Source: the human T2T-CHM13v2.0 reference genome, Homo sapiens. Taken from it: 64,000 nucleotides of DNA. Positions within the stretch are counted from its first letter, which is position 1. Each line of letters starts with the position of its first letter. A program made the position numbers and the translations under genes. Under the pieces are notes generated by a model. That model had not been told where the DNA came from. It saw nothing but the letters and a program-made list of their open reading frames with translations, and ran no database searches. Positions 14,130-27,424 of the stretch are shown here, piece after piece. The stretch lies in the NCBI RefSeq assembly GCF_009914755.1, contig NC_060929.1. One strand, written 5' to 3'.

Positions 14130-14490
14130 CCCAGGACCCTGACCTTCATTCATTTTCTCAGCCTGCTGGTGCTGATTTAGTAGGAACGTATTATGTAACA
14201 TGCACTAAGATGCAGTTCGAGCAAGACTGGTGAGGGTGGTCCCTCCTTGTGTAGAATCACATTCTTGCAGGGAGAGAGATAGCAAATAAATAAACATATA
14301 AACACCACAGTAATGCAAATATAGGCTGGCAGTGCACATTGTGCAGAGACTTTCTAAAGGGTGAGGTTATGTGGAGCAATTAGGCAACCGTCATCCACTG
14401 GGCAGTCAGGAAGTGCCAACGGAGCTTAGATTTGAATGGTGTGATGGTGTCAACGTACAAGCTGCAGGTGGATGGAGGAACATTTCTGGT
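14130..14490 (+). mobile_element. Degenerate L2 fragment
   Basis: ttcattcatt... start and L2-like motifs (gagcttagatttgaatgg, gaacatttctggtggggaacag). Confidence 0.45.
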
Positions 14491-14509
14491 GGGGAACAGG
14501 CACACAGTA

Positions 14510-14850
14510 ATACCCTCCCTTGAGTTTGGGTGGATCTGTGACTTGACTTCAGCCACGACAGAATGTGGCCAAGGTGACAGGATGCCAATGCATGATTATA
14601 TTTTATTATAGAAGAAGCCATCATCTTAGCAGGCTGAAGCAAGAGACTTTCATGCTGACCTTGCAGAAGCAAGTCACTATTTCTGAAGACCTAGAGAGGA
14701 CCACATCCAGGAAGCTGTGGGGCTTTTAGATGCTCAGTGCAGCTCCTGGAAAACCACCATCAGTGAAGCAGGGACCTCTGTACTGCAACCGCGAAGACTG
14801 AGTTCTGCCAATAACCATGCAAGCTTGGAAAAGGATCGATGTGAGACCTG
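14510..14850 (+). mobile_element. MLT1-family MaLR LTR fragment
   Basis: ttgagtttgggtggatctgtgacttg..cagaatgtggcc, and gagttctgccaataaccatgcaagcttggaa. Confidence 0.6.
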
Positions 14851-15371
14851 GATACAGGCCTTGCCAAGGGGTGGACAGAAAGCAGTGTGTGATGCTTGGT
14901 TCAACACTCACTGTGAGAGGAAAAACCACTGAATCTCAAGCTGGGGAGATAGAGGGAATTCCTTTGGGGGAAGGTGTTGGAGAAATACGGCTTTTTCCCT
15001 ACGCATGTCTTCAACCTCCAGATGCTGAGTTCTTACCCTCTCCCAGAGTCCTGTAGAAAACACAGAGATGAAGTCCTCAACGAGCTCCTGGCCTCGGAGG
15101 AGAGAGAAGGCTGCACATGGATCATGATAACATAAGGTTGAAATGCAAAAGTACCATAAAACAGTAAAATATTAGGGGGACCAAGAGGACAGGGGTTGCC
15201 CTGCAGGAAGGGAGACCCCACAGGCTTGGCAGAGGAGACGCCCACCTGAAATGCATCTGCATGGCAGGCAGAGAGGGCTCAGAGAACAAGAACAGAGCAC
15301 TTCTGAAACTGGGATTGAGGAAAGAAAAGTCACCAGGATGGAAGAATAAGCATAGTTCAGCAGCAAGGTTC

Positions 15372-15886
15372 TGTGGTGGTTAATTTCATGTGCCAACTTT
15401 ACTGGGTTGCGAGATGCCCAGACATTTGGCCAAACATTATACTAGGTGTGTCTGTGAGGGTGTTTCCAGAGAGGATTGGCATTTGAATCTCTGAACTGAG
15501 TAAAGCAAATGTAGATGGGCCTCACCCAATCCATTGAGGGCATGAATAGAGCAAAAAGGCAGAGGAAGGGAGAATTCAACATCTCTACTTGACTGCATGA
15601 GTTGGTTATCTGTCTTCTCCTGTCCTCGGACTCTCAGGCTGGGCCTCACACCATTAGCACTCCTAGACCTCTGTCCTTTGGATTAGGATTGGAGTCATGC
15701 TACCCGCATTCATGGGTCTTAGCTTGCAGACAACATATTGTGAGATTTCTGGCCCCTGTTGATTGTGTGCACCACTTCTTATGATCTCTCTCTCTCTCTC
15801 CATAAATCGATAGATAGGTAGACAGATAGACATACACATACACTAATGGTTCTGTTCTGCTTCTCTGGTGAAACCTGGCTAACACA
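15372..15886 (+). mobile_element. MLT2 (ERVL) solo LTR
   Basis: Starts tgtggtggttaatttcatgtgccaact, ends ttctctggtgaaacctggctaacaca. Carries the typical CT/ATAG microsatellite near the 3' end. Confidence 0.85.
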
Positions 15887-16473
15887 GGGCCCATGGATGG
15901 GATGGCAGGAGTGGAGGCTGAATGGCAGATGGAGACAAGAGCTCAAAGCCTTGAACTCCAGGCTGAGTTAACTTGTGATCAGGGCAGTGACCTCCAAATC
16001 ACAGCATGAAAGTGAGGCATAGCAAGGACGGCTCCCCAGATGACGGCTCCACTTCATTGAGAAGGATGGGTTTGGAATAGTGACAGGTAAGATGTGTAAA
16101 GGGAAGAGGGTGGGGGCTCACTCCTGTGTCCTGCGCCCTGAACCCTGGTGGCTACAGGCATCCAGGTGGTGATCCACAGCAGCAGGGAGAAACAAAGAGA
16201 ATCAGAACTCCAAAGAGAAGCCACAACTATAGACACAGATTCATGAGTCATCTCCACCAGACAGAAAACTGGAAACATCCATTCTTTAATGCATACCTCA
16301 ACAGGGATATGATGTAAGCATCATTACTGTGGGCAGTACTGATAACAGTTTCCAGGCCCTTTTTGAGAAACGAAGGAAAAGGAGAGTTCTGGAGCTCGAG
16401 AGCAGTGTGTGCACTGATGCGATGTGGCAACTTGGCTCAGCTCACTGTTTTGTTCTGGGGCAACTTAGAGTTG

Positions 16474-17442
16474 TGTGGGGAAAAGCAAGAGAGATCAGAT
16501 TGTTACTGTGTCTGTATAGAAAGAAGTAGACATAGGAGACTCCATTTTGTTCTGTACTAAGAAAAATTCTTCTGCCTTGAGATTCTGTTAATCTAGGACC
16601 TTACCCCCAACCCCGTGCTCTCTGAAACATGTGCTGTGTCAAACTCAGGGTTAAATGGATTAAGGGCTGTGCAGGGTGTGCTTTGTTAAACAGATGCTTG
16701 AAGGCAGCATGCTCCTTAAGAGTCATCACCACTCCCTAATCTCAAGTACCCAGGGACATAAACACTGCGGAAGGCCGCAGGGACCTCTGCCTAGGAAAGC
16801 CAGGTATTGTCCAAGGTTTCTCCCCATGTGATAGTCTGAAATATGGCCTCGTAGGAAGGGAAAGACCTGACCGTCCCCCAGCCCGACACCTGTAAAGGGT
16901 CTGTGCTGAGGAGGATTAGTATAAGAGGAAGGCATGCCTCTTGCAGTTGAGACAAGGAGAAGGCATCTGTCTCCTGCCCGTCCCTGGGCAATGGAATGTC
17001 TCGGTATAAAACCCAATTGTACATTCCATCTACTGAGATAGGGAAAAACTGCCTTAGGGCTGGAGGTGGGACATGCGGGCAGCAATACTGCTTTATAAAG
17101 CATTGAGATGTTTATGTGTATGCATATCTAAAAGCACAGCACTTAATCCTTTACCTTGTGTATGATGCAAAGACCTTTGTTCACGTGTTTGTCCGCTGAC
17201 CCTCTCCCCACTATTGTCTTGTGACCCTGACACATCCCCCTCTCGGAGAAACACCCACGAATGATCAATAAATACTAAGGGAACTCAGAGGCTGGCGGGA
17301 TCCTCCATATGCTGAACGCTGGTTCCCCGGGTCCCCTTATTTCTTTCTCTATACTTTGTCTCTGTGTCTTTTTCTTTTCCAAGTCTCTCGTTCCACCTTA
17401 CGAGAAACACCCACAGGTTTGGAGGGGCAACCCACCCCTTCA
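16474..17442 (+). mobile_element. HERV-K(HML-2) solo LTR, LTR5_Hs-like, intact 969 bp
   Basis: Starts TGTGGGGAAAAGCAAGAGAGATCAGATTGTTAC, ends GGCAACCCACCCCTTCA. Perfect 6-bp TSD GAGTTG at 16468-16473 and 17443-17448. TATA-like ggtataaaa near 17005 and AATAAA near 17267. Confidence 0.97.
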
Positions 17443-19658
17443 GAGTTGAGTTCAAGGGGTAGGATATCTTGATAATGATCGCCTGCTAATGGCAACATTT
17501 ATGCTAAGAGTTTCATCTTAAATTCTAATGTACATTTTTTTTTTTTAAATCCAGAGTTTCAGGGCTGCAACAATTCCATCTTCATGATGAGTGGTATGAG
17601 ATTGTGACATCCTAAGTCACAGCCCTGTTCCCTGGGATGAGTATTGTCATTGATTATCCTTTCCCAGTAAATATGAGTAGACAGTGTCAGGTGTTAATTA
17701 GGCTGCCTTTAGAGGTGAAGCTAGAACATATGTTCTACTTATCAAGATGGGGTTGTTGTTTGTGTTTGGCACTGCAGACCATGACCATCTGAGCAAAGAA
17801 ACCCATTGAGATTAACTTGTAACTGTTTAATAGCATATGTATTTTTAAAGCCAGCCTGCAAGAATGATTCCTTGCTCATTGAGGACAAGTATGTGGCCAC
17901 TACTGCTACATCTGTGCACTTACTGGCCTTGGTCAGTTGTTTCCTCACACTCATCAAGTGATGTGGAAAGTGGAGTAAACCCAGTGGTGAAAACCAATGA
18001 TATTATTAGGCAGAAAGTTTAAGAAAACGTCACACTGCAGGAAAGCACACTGCCCTCTATAACATGGGAAATCTTGATCAGCCAATCAGGTGTCAATTGC
18101 AGAGTCAAATGCTATAGATATGTACCTGGTGTACTGGTGTATGCAGTCATAAGATTACATTTTCTAATAAACATTTCTGTTGTTACCATTAAGTGTATTT
18201 AGCGTGAGAAACTTTCTTGAGATATATTACAATAGGAAAGAAGATATTGAGTGCTCCAATGACTTTTAGAAACCAATTTTTAATGCTTCTTCTACAAGAA
18301 CTGTTGCACTTTTGTTTTCCTGAAGTCTTGGCTCGAGTCAAAGGTTCAGAATTTTTAAGACCACCATGCATCCTGCTTTTAGATGTTCCCGCAGGCTTAT
18401 CTGATGGGGAAAAGCCCTCAGCACTGAAACAGCTTTGCCACTCTTATAAGAGGGCTCTGGTGATAAATTCCTGCCCTGGAAGCCTGGACAGGTTGCCAAG
18501 AGTAGAGAGGACCCACACCAGTATGTCCTGGAGAAGGATAGACCTTGCCTATGACACCTGTGTGGCAGCAGTCAATATCTTGGCAAGGAGAAAAGTGTGA
18601 AAATGAAGAGAAAGCAGGGCTGTGATGCAAGCTGGAAACATAGCTTTGTGCGGCCTCATGCCTTCAGCAGGCCTCCTGCTTTTCTCTCCTCCCTCTGTGA
18701 TGTCACAGCAGCTGGTGTCTTTGTGTCAATTTCACAGGTTGATGGGGTTGGGTTTTAAGATGATGTAACATCCCCCAAGAAAGCTGCCCAGGGACCAGGG
18801 TTGCTGTTGTGTTCCACATTCCCCACCTGCTCCTCTGCTCTGCAAGATTGCTTTATATGAGAACCACGTGGGTGCCAGTGTGCAGCCATGATGTATTGGT
18901 GTGAGCCTTCACTTCTGAGGCAACCTGCTATTAGCTATGGTATTACCAAGAGTAATTCTTTCCAGTCTAATTTTGTGGATCTTGCTGCATAAGACTAAGC
19001 CTCTGGGGACACAGACACACTTTAGCAATAGGCTCTGCCTATGGCAATAGCCCAGAAGACCAGTGGCCAATTCTGTCATTTCAAATAGCTTTCCAATCAT
19101 TAACCTTGAGTGGTGAAATCAACTATAATTATGGAAATGATACTGGTGATGTATCTATGAATTTGACAAGCTTTTATTTTAGTGGAAAATCTTAATGCTT
19201 TGCTCATGCTCCTGTGCATATGTGTTGTACAACGTAGAGAAGTGTCTGGGAAATGTAAGTTTCAAACATGCTCGGTACTGCTCACGACTCAGAGGCATAC
19301 ATTAGGAAGATTTCATGGTTTTGATCTTTAAGATGGGACCTGGGAAGAGGCATATTTTTAGCATGGTGTAGAGGTCTTGAGATCTCTATAGAAAGTGTTT
19401 TGCATCCCTTTCTGTTCCCTAATACTCATGATCTCTATTGGACAATGAGGGAAGGCAGACACGGTGCTAACAGCTGCGCTTTTCCAGATTCATTAATAGG
19501 TAAGTAGGAAACTCAGAATTCCAGAGTCTCAGAGACCATAAAGAGACTATATGTCCCCACTTACAGTAGGGATGAAAGAATGTTCCAAAGCCCACACCCT
19601 TCGAGACTGTTGGTTTCTCACACTGTTTTCCTCATTCCTCCCATTACTCTCTGTAGAG

Positions 19659-19871
19659 CAGGGTTTCTCAACCTTGGCACTACAGACATTCTGAGTGGAA
19701 TAATTCTTGGTTGTGGGGCTGTTCCGTGTGCTGTAGGTTGTTTAGCAGCACCCTTGACTTGTACCTACTAGATGTCAATAACACCCTCACCCACTGTGAC
19801 AAGCAAAAGTGTCTTTAGACAATGCCAGATATCCCTGGGAGAGCAAGACTGTCCCCGGTTGAGAACAAGTG
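19659..19871. mobile_element. MER20 hAT-Charlie DNA transposon
   Basis: cagggtttctcaaccttggcactacagacatt...gtccccggttgagaacaagtg. Near full length. Confidence 0.85.
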
Positions 19872-19914
19872 CTCCAGGATAATAATGAAATAACTGGATA
19901 ATAATGAAAAATAG

Positions 19915-20130
19915 GACCATGATGATAGCTATCATTCATGGGTACTTCAACCACTTTAAGTACATTATCTTCTTGTAATTATTCAAATAACCCATAATAG
20001 TTGCTGCCATTATTATTTTTATGTGATACATGAAGAAACGGAAGTGCAGGGATCCTAAGTAACTTTCTTGGGTGAAGCAATGGTGGAATCCAAACTTAGA
20101 ATCACTGCCCTGGGCATACCATGCTGTGCT
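19915..20130. mobile_element. MIR SINE
   Basis: MIR core-like gatacatgaagaaacggaagtgcagggatcctaagtaactt...gaatccaaactt. Confidence 0.6.
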
Positions 20131-21244
20131 GTGATGGATCACAGATGCGCATAGGGATAAACTGAAGAAAGGACACAGCATTCCCTGCTGCAGAGCACGC
20201 CATGCTGTGAATAGGGTTGGTGCTTCAAAGATCCTCATAAAATAAAACATTGAAACAATAAAACTATTAGAAGATACGGCTCGTATATTATATTTAAAAC
20301 TGCACAGAGAGCTTCATTTGCTTGGTAAGCAAGGAAGATAGTGCCTTTCCTAAGGCAGAAGCCTTGTTACTCTGAAGGCTGCTCTCCTGAGCCTGGCTTG
20401 GGGGGCTGTCATCAGCTGTGGGGGGCTCTAGTTCTTCCTACTTCAACTGTTCAGCAGCCAAAAGAGTGTTATTTGGAAAACCACTACCCCTCCAAGTCCC
20501 AAATGTCCTGTCTCCCGCCCACCCAGTACTCAGGAGCTCACAATATTCTCCTAATGGAATGTGTGTGTCTCTTCAGGGCCTAAAGAAATGTAGAACTCCA
20601 TCAAACATGTCTTGTGCAGATCTGAGGATAAAACCATTGATTTGCATTCATGCAAGGCAGGCTCTTCACAAGGAGGCATCCAGGACCTTGGCACACGCCA
20701 CTTTCCCTGTGGGGGAAAGAGCTTCGTACAAAAAGACATTTTTTCCTGTGAGCAGGGATGGGTGAAACACTGAGGAGGGAGAGGTATGAGTGCAAGCAAG
20801 AACATCTGGGAAACATCGAGTCCAATCAAGGGCCAGCCCAGCAGTAAAAGCAACCAGAGTGCAGAGGGTGAGTCGCTCTCTGACCAGGCTGTAATCCCTG
20901 TCTGAAGAGGGGAGTTTTGATTTTAGCACTAGCAATGGAAATATGCTCTGATCTCACTCAGCCTCCCAGCCAGGAACAAGCGATGCCCACCTCCAAGCCC
21001 AGCCCTCTCTGATGCACAGCTCCAGCTATCATTAGGAAGCAGCTTTCACAGAGATCTATGGAAAGCAGAGGAGGCCACTTGTGGGAGGGATGACTTCAGA
21101 ACAGCAGGGTCCAAGAGATGTGCGCTTCTGACTTTCCACCGACGCTCCAGTCCCACAGTTAGTTCGAGATTTACGACTTTAGCTCAAAGCTTTGTGTTTC
21201 TCTTTGAGAAACAGACATGCAACTAGTCAATTAGTTGCATTAGC

Positions 21245-21305
21245 TGTTAGGTAGAATTCTCCAGAGAGAACCAATAGGATATATACATAAATGACGGAGT
21301 ATGTA

Positions 21306-21368
<63 letters not shown>

Positions 21369-21500
21369 TATATGCCTGTGAGTGATATATATATCCCTGT
21401 GAGTGATATATATATACATATATATATATATCCCTGTGAGTGATATATATATACATATATATATATCCCGTGAGTGATATATATATGTATCCCTCACATA

Positions 21501-21536
<36 letters not shown>

Positions 21537-21987
21537 TGTGTGTGTGTGTGTATGTGTATGTAGAAACAGAGAAAGAAAGAGAGGAATTGTTTTAAAGAAT
21601 CATCTCATGCAATCGTGGGAGCTGGCAAGTCTGAAATCCCATGGGCAGGCCAACAGCCTGCGGATGCAGGTGCGATTCGATGTGAACTTCTTGAGTCCAA
21701 AATCCTCAGGGCAGCAGGCTGGAAACTCAGGCAGGGTTCCTCTGTTGCAATCTTGAGGCCAAATTCCTTCTTCTTTGGGAGACCTCAGTATTGTAAGGCC
21801 TTTGACGAATTAAATGAGGCTCATCCACATTATGACGTGCAATCTGCTTTAGTTAATGTCTTATAATTTTAACGTTATTCACTCCTGCAAAATATTAATA
21901 CCTCCCCAGCCACATTTAGACTGAGGTTTGACCAATCAGCTGAGCGCCACAGCTGAGCCAAGTTCACACATAAAATTAACCATCACA
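21245..21987 (-). mobile_element. MLT2 (ERVL) solo LTR with an expanded compound microsatellite
   Basis: tgttaggtagaattctccagagagaaccaatagg ... cacataaaattaaccatcaca. Internal simple repeats at 21306-21560. Confidence 0.8.
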
Positions 21988-22288
21988 CCAGTCACCACAC
22001 CTGGACAGATTCTCTTCTGAGAGCAAGTTTAAGGGGAGGAGGGTTTGGAGAAGTGAGTACCCTGGCAGCCCCAGCAAAGAAGGGAGAGAAGCTGAAAGAC
22101 ATTGGAGGCTGGGATACTATTTGCATAGGAGGCATAACACCTCCTGCAAAGTAGTCTAGCAAAAAGACAGAAAATATATATATAAAATATGTCAGAATAC
22201 ATGGATGCATATTTGTGTGTATGCATGTGTGTATAGGTATGATATGTATGTATGTGTACATGTGCATGTGTCCATATGCATGTGTATA

Positions 22289-22735
22289 TGTCAACTTAGA
22301 TAACAGACAAAGGCTGTCTAGAAGAAAAACATGTTTATTTGGGAATAAAGCATTACAATGAGAATATGCATACCATAGTAAATGATGTGCCTATTAGGGA
22401 GATGAAGTAAGATAGGGGTTTTTAAAGAAAAAAGATTACATAATTGTTTTGGAATAATTATCGTTGGCTACAAAGTTCAATAGCAAAGGTGATTCCAGTG
22501 CAAGGTTGGACAGGCAGCTGCTGGGCAAATGTCCTTGCAGAAGTATTTTTTTTGCAAGGTTGAGATGACCTTTGTGCAAGTCATCTTGTAGTCATCATGT
22601 GGTTTTCGTAGTCTTTTTTGTTTTCAGGCATGCAGTGTGAGAACTCTCTCTTTTCATGGTGTCACTGTCTCTATTGGTCAGGGTTTTCTTAACGTTAGCG
22701 ACTCAGACTAAATTTTGATCTTGAGAAATTTCACA
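22289..22735 (-). mobile_element. ERV1-class solo LTR (MER4-group-like)
   Basis: tg...ca termini. Reverse strand starts tgtgaaatttctcaagatcaaaat. Inserted in a TA/TG low-complexity tract. Subfamily uncertain. Confidence 0.6.
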
Positions 22736-22789
22736 TATCTGTATATTCATATATCTATGTACATATATGTATGTGTGTCACCTAACAAA

Positions 22790-23300
22790 TTTCAGGAAAT
22801 GCAGAGGGCAGAGGAACATTTCAATTGCACCATAGAAATGCAATTAACAAACTGGAAGCTATACAAATTCTGCAGGACAAATATAGCAAATTTCTCCGAT
22901 GACAAAATAGCTAGGAAAAAAGAGTTCAAAAAGAATTTGTATGGGGTATTAAAAGACATATGAATTAATCAAAATGTTGGGACTAATTTGGATTCTGATA
23001 CAAATAAACTATAAAAAACAAACAAGCACATTAATGAAAATATTGGAAATATGAACACTGGCTATTCACTGGTATTAAGGAATTATTTATTTTAATATAA
23101 TTATGAAATGATTTTTAAATCTATCTTCACAGACACACTCTGGAATATTTCTTTCAAATTAATAAAAGAATGGGCAAGTGGAATGAAGGTTGCATAGGAC
23201 AGGATTGGCCACAGTGTCCAAGTTGTTGGCACAGGTATATTGAAGTTTAGTATACTAGTCTGCTTATTGTCATACATGTTTGAAATCGTCCATAACAAAA
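22790..23300 (+). mobile_element. Old L1M (MC/ME-like) 3' UTR fragment
   Basis: ttggattctgatacaaataaac, tggaaatatgaacactgg, ggtattaaggaattatt motifs. Confidence 0.55.
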
Positions 23301-23984
23301 GTATGTTTATATATATATATGCAGTGTATATATATATATGTACTGTATATATATATCTGCACTATATATATATGTGTGTGTATATATATACACACACATA
23401 GTCACATATGTAAACCAATCTATATTATATACCTGCTGTGTATATGGTATATTATACTTAATACTACTATATGTGATCTATATGAACCATTATATAAGGT
23501 ATATGATGCACTAGGCAATACTGTGTGATGCTGTGGTTGTGTAACAACTGCACTGCTCATCTCTACTGATAAGGTAGAAATTTGTACAAAGACTGTGGTT
23601 AGCTGTTCTTATAACAACCAGAAGGAATTTCACTCATAAAAGTTTGAATAAGAGACGCTAGACACAAGGGGACATGTTGTATCATCTAATTTATAAGAAG
23701 TCCAAAAAGAGACCTAAATGGGTAATGCAGGTTGGAAACGTAAGTCAGTTTCCAGGATGCTGCTGCTGATTTTCCTGACCCGGGTAGAGGTTACCAGGGT
23801 ATGCTCATTCCGTGACACAGGAACACGTGCACGGTGATCCACATGTAATGCTTTAATAAAATATTTAAATATTATTTTCTTATTGATATACAAAGGACAA
23901 ATATTCAGATGATACTATTATGTCTAACTAGAATTGCTCAAGTCCTCCGATTTGTAATTATGTAATTCAAAATGCTGACTTGTA

Positions 23985-25942
23985 CCAATCTATGTTCCCA
24001 TCAATAGTGTACAAGCCTTGTACAGCTTTGCCAACACTTGCTATCCATTGCCTTTTTGACAACCACCATCCTAACAGGTGTGAAGTGGTATCTTGCTGTG
24101 GCTTTGATTTGTATTTCTTTATTAGTGATTTTGAGCATCTTTCCCCATACCTGTTGGCCATTTGCATGTCTTCTTTGGAGACTATTTTTAATCCAGTTAT
24201 TATTCTTTTTGCTATTGAGTTGCGTGAGTTCCTTATATATTTTGGGTAATAATACCTCTTCAGATAGATGTTTTTCAAATATTGTCTCTAGTTTGTAAGC
24301 TGTCTTTTGATTGTTGATTGTTTCTTTTGTAGTGCAGCAGTTTTTCAGCTTGATGTAGTACCACTTTATTTTTATGTTTGTTGCCTGAGCCTTTGGCGTA
24401 ATTTTTTAAAATCATTATTGATGACTGCCAATGTCAAGGAGTTTCTCCCCTATGCTTTCTTCTAGGAGATTTAGCATTTCAGGCCTTGAAGTTAAGGTCT
24501 TTAATCCATTTAGAGTTGATTTTGTGTGTAATGTAGAATAAAGACCCAATGTATTTATTTATTTATTTATTTTGTAAGTGGACATTGTTTTCCCAGCATC
24601 ATTTTTTGAAGAGACTATTATTTTCTCATTTGTCTTCTTGGTGGCATTGTCAAAAATTAGCTGACCATATAGTTTATTTCTGAGCTTTCTATTCTGTTTC
24701 ATTGGTCTATGTGTCTAAAACATTACCATACTCTTAGTACCACACTGTTTTGATTACTATAGCTTTGTGATATAATTTGAAATCAGCATGTGTAATGCAT
24801 CCAACATTTTTTTTTCCTCAAAATTGTCTTGGCTATTTGGGACCTTTTGGTTCCATATAAATTTTAGGTATTTTTCTATTTCTGTGAAAAACACCATTGG
24901 AATTTTCATAGGGATTGGTGCAAACATTATGGAAAACAGTATGGAGATTCTTCAAAAAATTGAAAACAGAACTACCATATACCACAATGATTTATCTGCT
25001 GGGTATATACACAAAGGAAATTAAACCAGCATCTTGGAGAACTGTCTGCATTCTCATATTCATTCCCCCATTATTCACAATAGCCAAGACATAGAAACAA
25101 CCTAAGCATCTGTCAACAGATGAAGGGATAGAGAAATGGTGGTATATGAATGAACACAATGGAATAATATGCAGCCTTACTAAAGAAGCAGATCCTGCCA
25201 TTTGTGACAACATGGATGAACCTGGATGACATTATGCTAAGTGAAATAACCCAGATATAGAAATAAAAGTGCCACATAATCTCACTTATATGTGAATCTA
25301 AAAAAAAAGGTTGAATATGTTAAACAGAGCATAGAACAGCGGTAACGAGGGGCAGGGAGAAGAAGGAAATGGAGAGATGTAGGTCAGCAGGTACAACGCT
25401 TTTAGGCCAGGTGCAGTGGCTCACGCCTGTAATCCCAGCACTTTGGGAGGCCAAGGGGAGTGGATCATCAGGTCAGGAGTTCAAGACCAGCCTGGCCAAG
25501 ATGGTGAAACCCCATCTCTACTAAAAATACAAAAATTAGCTGGACATGGTGGCAGGCACCTGTAATCCCAGCTACTCGGGAGGCTGAGGAAGAGAATTGC
25601 TTGAACCCGGGAGATGGAGGTTGCAGTAAGCCAAGATTGCACCACTGCACTCCAGCCTGGGTGACAGAGTGAGACTCTGTCTCAAAAAAAAAAAAAAGTT
25701 GCAATGCTTTCACTTATGGAGGATGAATAAATCTGGAGATCTAATGCACAGCCTGAGGACTATGGTAAACAAAGTGCTGTGTATTGGAAACTCGATAAGA
25801 GAATGATTTCAGGTGCTCGTACCACAAAAACAGGGATAATGATGAAGGGTGATGTATAGGTTAATTTGCTTAACTGTAGCAACCATTTCACTGTGGATCT
25901 GTAGACCTCAAAAGCATGTTCTACTTAAATATATACCATTTT
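23985..25942 (+). mobile_element. L1MA-like element with 5' inversion (twin priming): inverted segment 23985-~24913 (minus) plus sense 3' end ~24914-25942
   Basis: Strand switch near 24914 between segments that are adjacent in the L1 consensus. 16-bp TSD aaaatgct(g/t)acttgta at 23969-23984 and 25943-25958. Confidence 0.85.
25405..25697 (+). mobile_element. AluS inserted in L1MA 3' UTR
   Basis: Full dimeric Alu from ggccaggtgcagtggctcacgcc to the A tail. Confidence 0.95.
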
Positions 25943-26595
25943 AAAATGCTTACTTGTAAATGAGTCACAAAGACTTCATAATATCAACTGAGTTAATATT
26001 TGTGTGGTTGTTCCTAAAATTATAAATTGCTGTACAAATTTAGGCTATTACTGTCATATTTATTAATTCAAAGTTTCTATAAATAATGTATTTATAAATG
26101 ACTTCATTTCGGTTTCTTAAAAATGAACAAATTTCAATTTAGAGAAAGCAAATGGAATTAAAAGTTTCATGGAGAAGTTTTGCAGCATCTTGGTTTTGAT
26201 GGCTTCCTCTTCAATGAATTAGTCATTTCACCCCAGGGTGAAATCTTTTCACATCTAGATGCTTGCACTTTTAAATTGGTAATGTAAGAGCCATGGATTT
26301 ATTCTGAGAATTAAATAAGATGATGGATGAGAAATCATCTGAATTCTGCCTGGGACAGCAATGGAAAACTGTACGTATTTTAAGACAAAACGAAAGTTTA
26401 GCTCACTCCCCCAAGGATGGTTTATGGGGAAGTTGAAGCCGGGATGTATATAAGGAGTCTTTGGTCATCTTTATGACACTGGTCCAATTCTGTCATTCAG
26501 AAGAAGCAGGACAGTGTTGACAAAACTCTAATGCATACCCTGTTGGTTTCAACATTATATCATTCATGTCATTGTGCAATTTAGAAAGTCATTTT

Positions 26596-26707
26596 GTTTT
26601 TGAGACAGTCTTGTCCTGTTGTCCAGGCTGAAGTGCAGTGGCTGATTATAGCTCACTGTTACCTCGAACCCCTGGGCTCAAATGATCCTCCCGCCTCAGC
26701 CTCCCAA
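26596..26707 (-). mobile_element. Short old Alu monomer fragment (FLAM/AluJ-like)
   Basis: ttttgagacagtcttg..ccaggctgaagtgcagtggc..gggctcaaatgatcctcccgcctcagcctcccaa, flanked by agaaagt(c/a)atttt. Confidence 0.8.
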
Positions 26708-26719
26708 GAAAGTAATTTT

Positions 26720-27424
26720 TTATTAATACTATTTTTGGTTGACAAATAAATAATTGCATGCATTCATGGGGTACGATGTGATGTTCTGATATATGTAAAT
26801 AATGTAAATGATTAAATCAAGTGAATTAACACATTCCTCACCTTGCTTACTTATTATTTTTTTGTGGTGAGACCTTTGAAATTTACTCTCTCATTTACTT
26901 TGAAATAACAATATGTTACTGTTGACTGTAGTCAACTTTCTGTGCAACAGATCTTAAAACCTATTTCTCTTGTCTAGCTAAAACTTTGTACCCTGTGACC
27001 TACATCTCCCAGTCTTTCTCCTTTCCCCCATCCCCAGAGGACCTTCACTCTACTAGGAGTTCAACTGTTTTAGATTCCACATGTAAGTGTGATTATGTGG
27101 TACTATATTTGTCTTTCTGTGCTTGGCCTCAGAAAATAAAAAAGCAGACCTACCATATTATCTGGCAAGCCCACTTCTGGGTATATATTCAAAGGCATTG
27201 AAATCAATCTGTCAAAGGAATACCTAAACTCCCACACTCATTGCAGCACTAGCCAAGTGCTTGGTCAATAGGCAAGATATGGATCAACCTAAGTGTGCAT
27301 CATGAGAAAATGAGTAAAGAAAATATGGTACATATACACAATGTTATGCTATTCTGCCTTGAAAACAAAGAACATTCTGTCATTTGCAATAATGTGAATG
27401 AACCTGGAGGGGCTTATGCTAAGT
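26720..27424 (-). mobile_element. Second L1MA-like element with 5' inversion: 3' end on minus (26720-~27128), inverted piece on plus (~27129-27424)
   Basis: The plus piece ends ...cttatgctaagt, which in L1 directly precedes the start of the minus piece (reverse complement of atttgtctttctgtgcttgg). Flanked by agaaagtaattt / agaaagtcattt. Confidence 0.75.

Noticed and set aside
21218-21241. 9-bp stem palindrome atgcaacta-gtcaat-tagttgcat
   Set aside because: Short enough to arise by chance in 64 kb, with no supporting context.
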